From NCBI GenBank assembly GCA_903884345.1, contig CAISEE010000043.1, positions 1 through 50,470 on the forward strand: a stretch of 50,470 nucleotides of DNA. Direction: 5' to 3'. Position 1 is the stretch's first letter. Each line of letters opens with the position of its first letter. The position numbers and the translations under genes are program-made. The notes below the pieces were generated by a model. It saw only the letters and a program-made list of their open reading frames with translations. It was not told the origin of the DNA and did not search any database. The stretch comes from Candidatus Adlerbacteria bacterium. GTDB lineage: Bacteria; Patescibacteriota; Minisyncoccia; Phycocordibacterales; SBAW01. This document shows, in pieces, positions 48,532-50,470 of this stretch.

Positions 48532-49113
48532 ATGACGGATGATCTCCAGAAACTCTTCGGGTCGGTGGCACGGGTCAAGCTCATGCGTCTCTTTTTGTTC
48601 AATCCGAAGCTCTCGTTTAGTGCTGATGACGTCGTCAGTCGCGCGCGCATTACGCACGACGAGGCCAAGCACGAGTTGGGGCTCTTGCTGCGCGCCAAGC
48701 TCATCAGCGAGAAAAATCTCAAAGGCAAGGGCGTTCGCTTTGCGCTCAACCTTAAGTTCGAGTACGTGCGTGCGCTCCAAAATCTGCTGCTGAATGCGCC
48801 CGCGCGCGGCGACGATATCCTCGAGCGGCTGCGCGGGGTCGGGCCGCTGAAGCTCATCATCCTCTCGGGCATCTTCATGGGCGAGTGGGAAGGGCACCTC
48901 GACCTTTTGATCGTGGGCGACAAGGTGAAAGAGAAATTGGTGCGCGACCGCATCCGTCAGCTCGAGGCCGAGATAGGCAAGGAGATGCGCTACTCGCTGC
49001 TCTCGACCGAGAACCTCTACTACCGCCTCAACATGAGCGACAAGCTCATCCGCGACGTGCTCGACTACCCGCACCGCGTCGTGCTCGATCGCCTCAACAT
49101 CGGCATCAAATAG
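48532..49113 (+). CDS. winged-HTH protein with degenerate nucleotidyltransferase-like C-terminal domain
   Basis: LFGSVARVKLMRLFLFNP HTH; LSGIF...LDLLIVGD. Confidence 0.7.
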   Translation: MTDDLQKLFGSVARVKLMRLFLFNPKLSFSADDVVSRARITHDEAKHELGLLLRAKLISEKNLKGKGVRFALNLKFEYVRALQNLLLNAPARGDDILERLRGVGPLKLIILSGIFMGEWEGHLDLLIVGDKVKEKLVRDRIRQLEAEIGKEMRYSLLSTENLYYRLNMSDKLIRDVLDYPHRVVLDRLNIGIK

Positions 49114-49213
49114 TATTCACGCTATCCACACGCACCCGGCCCGGCCCCAAACGCCGGGCCTCTTGCTTGGTACAATAAACGTGTCTCTATTATTTAGTTA
49201 TCTATTAATTGTC

Positions 49214-49903
49214 ATGATTCTTCAGATGTGGATGAGTGTGCTCGAGCAGTCGTTCTACAACATGTTGCTGGGCACGGTGAGCTTTTTGCCGAACCTCCTG
49301 TTCGCGGTCATTATCTGTGTCTTGGGGTGGATCGCCGGCGTGTGGCTGGGTTGGGTCGTCGCCGAGATCGCACGCGTCATCCAGGTTGACCGCGCACTGC
49401 GCGCGGCGGGCTTCGGCGAGGTCGTCTCGCGCGCGGGATTTAACCTCAACGCGGGCGTCTTCGTCGGCGCCTTGGTCAAATGGTTCGTCATCCTCGTCTT
49501 CCTCCTCACGTCGCTGCAGGTCATGGGGCTCGGCCAGGTGACGTTCTTCCTCCAGCAGGTCATCGTGGGCTTCCTGCCGCAGGTCATCGTCGCGGTCTTC
49601 ATCATCCTCGTCGCCGCGGTCGTGGCGCAGGTTGCGGGTGGCGTCGTGACGGGTTCGGCACGCGCCGCGGGCATCGCGGGCGCGGGTGTCGCCGGCACCA
49701 TCGCGCGCTGGGCGATTTGGATCTTTGCGATCCTCGCCGCACTCGAGCAGCTCAATATCGCGCAGACCATTTTGCAGACCCTCTTCACCGGCTTCGTCGT
49801 GGCGATCTCGATCGCCTTCGGTTTGGCCTTCGGTCTGGGCGGCCAAGACGAGGCGAAGCGCTTTCTCGAGCACACGCGCGAGGAAATGAAGAATCACCAC
49901 TAA
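49214..49903 (+). CDS. conserved TM-helix repeat protein (MscS N-terminal/CmpX-like)
   Basis: FLPNLLFAVII, FLPQVIVAVFII, AFGLAFGLGG. Confidence 0.85.
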   Translation: MILQMWMSVLEQSFYNMLLGTVSFLPNLLFAVIICVLGWIAGVWLGWVVAEIARVIQVDRALRAAGFGEVVSRAGFNLNAGVFVGALVKWFVILVFLLTSLQVMGLGQVTFFLQQVIVGFLPQVIVAVFIILVAAVVAQVAGGVVTGSARAAGIAGAGVAGTIARWAIWIFAILAALEQLNIAQTILQTLFTGFVVAISIAFGLAFGLGGQDEAKRFLEHTREEMKNHH

Positions 49904-50007
49904 TTAAAAAAAGAAACCTCCCGAGTGAGGGGAGGAGTGAGCGCTCGGCGCGGGGAGGGATCCCCCGCGCCGATTCGCGTTCGGGGATTCGTTAGGTTGC
50001 CGCCGTG

Positions 50008-50142
50008 TTACCGACCGGACTTTTCCTTTCGCTCCAACCGGTCGTAATAGATATTTCCGAGTTTAGCGAGTCCCAGAATGACGCCGCCGATGATAATGAA
50101 GAGGAACATGATTCCTCCAGCGGCATGCCCGATTTCGTCCAT
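50008..50142 (-). CDS. 44-aa single-TM peptide
   Basis: MDEIGHAAGGIMFLFIIIGGVILGLAKLGNIYYDRLERKEKSGR behind an AGGAG SD. Confidence 0.55.
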   Translation of the reverse strand: MDEIGHAAGGIMFLFIIIGGVILGLAKLGNIYYDRLERKEKSGR

Positions 50143-50158
50143 GACGTTTCTCCTGTGG

Positions 50159-50296
50159 TTAGGCGCGCCACTGCCGGATGTACTGGCAAAGCAGTACCCC
50201 GCCGTCATAGAGATTGTCGAATGTTTGGGCGACAAGGCACGAGACAAGCATCGCGATAACGCTGAAGTTCGCCGGGTCGTAGTCGATGAAATCCAT
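50159..50296 (-). CDS. 45-aa peptide (not in ORF track)
   Basis: MDFIDYDPANFSVIAMLVSCLVAQTFDNLYDGGVLLCQYIRQWRA behind an AAGGAGGT SD. Confidence 0.45.
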   Translation of the reverse strand: MDFIDYDPANFSVIAMLVSCLVAQTFDNLYDGGVLLCQYIRQWRA

Positions 50297-50389
50297 AAAG
50301 ACCTCCTTGTGGCCGGGCGGGTGCCCGGCGGCCCCCGGATACCTTTGAAGTAGGACAGAATGGATGCATTAGCGGCAAAACCATTTTGT

Positions 50390-50470
50390 ATGAAAACGTA
50401 CACACAGTTACAAACGCAGGAACGGTTCACAATCGAAAAGTTACTGGCGGTAGGCATGCATATTCGGGCG
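50390..50470 (+). mobile_element. IS30-family transposase, 5' end (partial)
   Basis: MKTYTQLQTQERFTIEKLLAVGMHIRA matches the IS30 N-terminal HTH pattern (Y.QL...ER..I..L...G...R); runs off the edge. Confidence 0.75.

Noticed and set aside
50008-50457. 149-aa minus-strand ORF as one gene
   Set aside because: Its 5' part overlaps the IS30 transposase start; only the SD-led last 44 codons look like a real protein.

Overview
A ~50 kb chromosomal segment from a Patescibacteria (CPR) bacterium, most likely a Parcubacteria lineage lacking uL1 (Adler-/Kaiserbacteria-like). This assignment is inferred from gene content, rplK with no rplA after it, eukaryote-type IleRS/GlyRS, and CPR-style surface proteins. 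Both ends run into the 5' ends of outward-pointing IS transposases, so the window may be a whole repeat-bounded contig. The left IS interrupts a type III restriction-like nuclease in a small AT-rich defence islet; the right one is IS30-like. Core genes: mscL, DsbA-like, SIMPL, secE-nusG-rplK, a thymidylate cluster (thyX, dcd, tmk, dut, glyA), argS, ileS, recO, glyQS, AI-2E transporter, metG, tatD, rpsF-ssb-rpsR, efp, ECF sigma, recA, ftsK, a large S-layer-like protein and rplJ-rplL with an L10 leader. Most notable observations: (1) a REP-associated tyrosine transposase with seven 20-bp palindromes arranged as inverted doublets, two of them inside its own ORF; (2) in-frame palindromic DNA insertions in three aminoacyl-tRNA synthetase genes; (3) a histidine-phosphatase domain with its catalytic motifs retained, inserted in IleRS; (4) a putative surface lipase plus immunity-like gene pair; (5) an HTH gene carrying iteron-like AAGGACA repeats; (6) pervasive leaderless promoter architecture. 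All family assignments are from motif recognition, not database searches.
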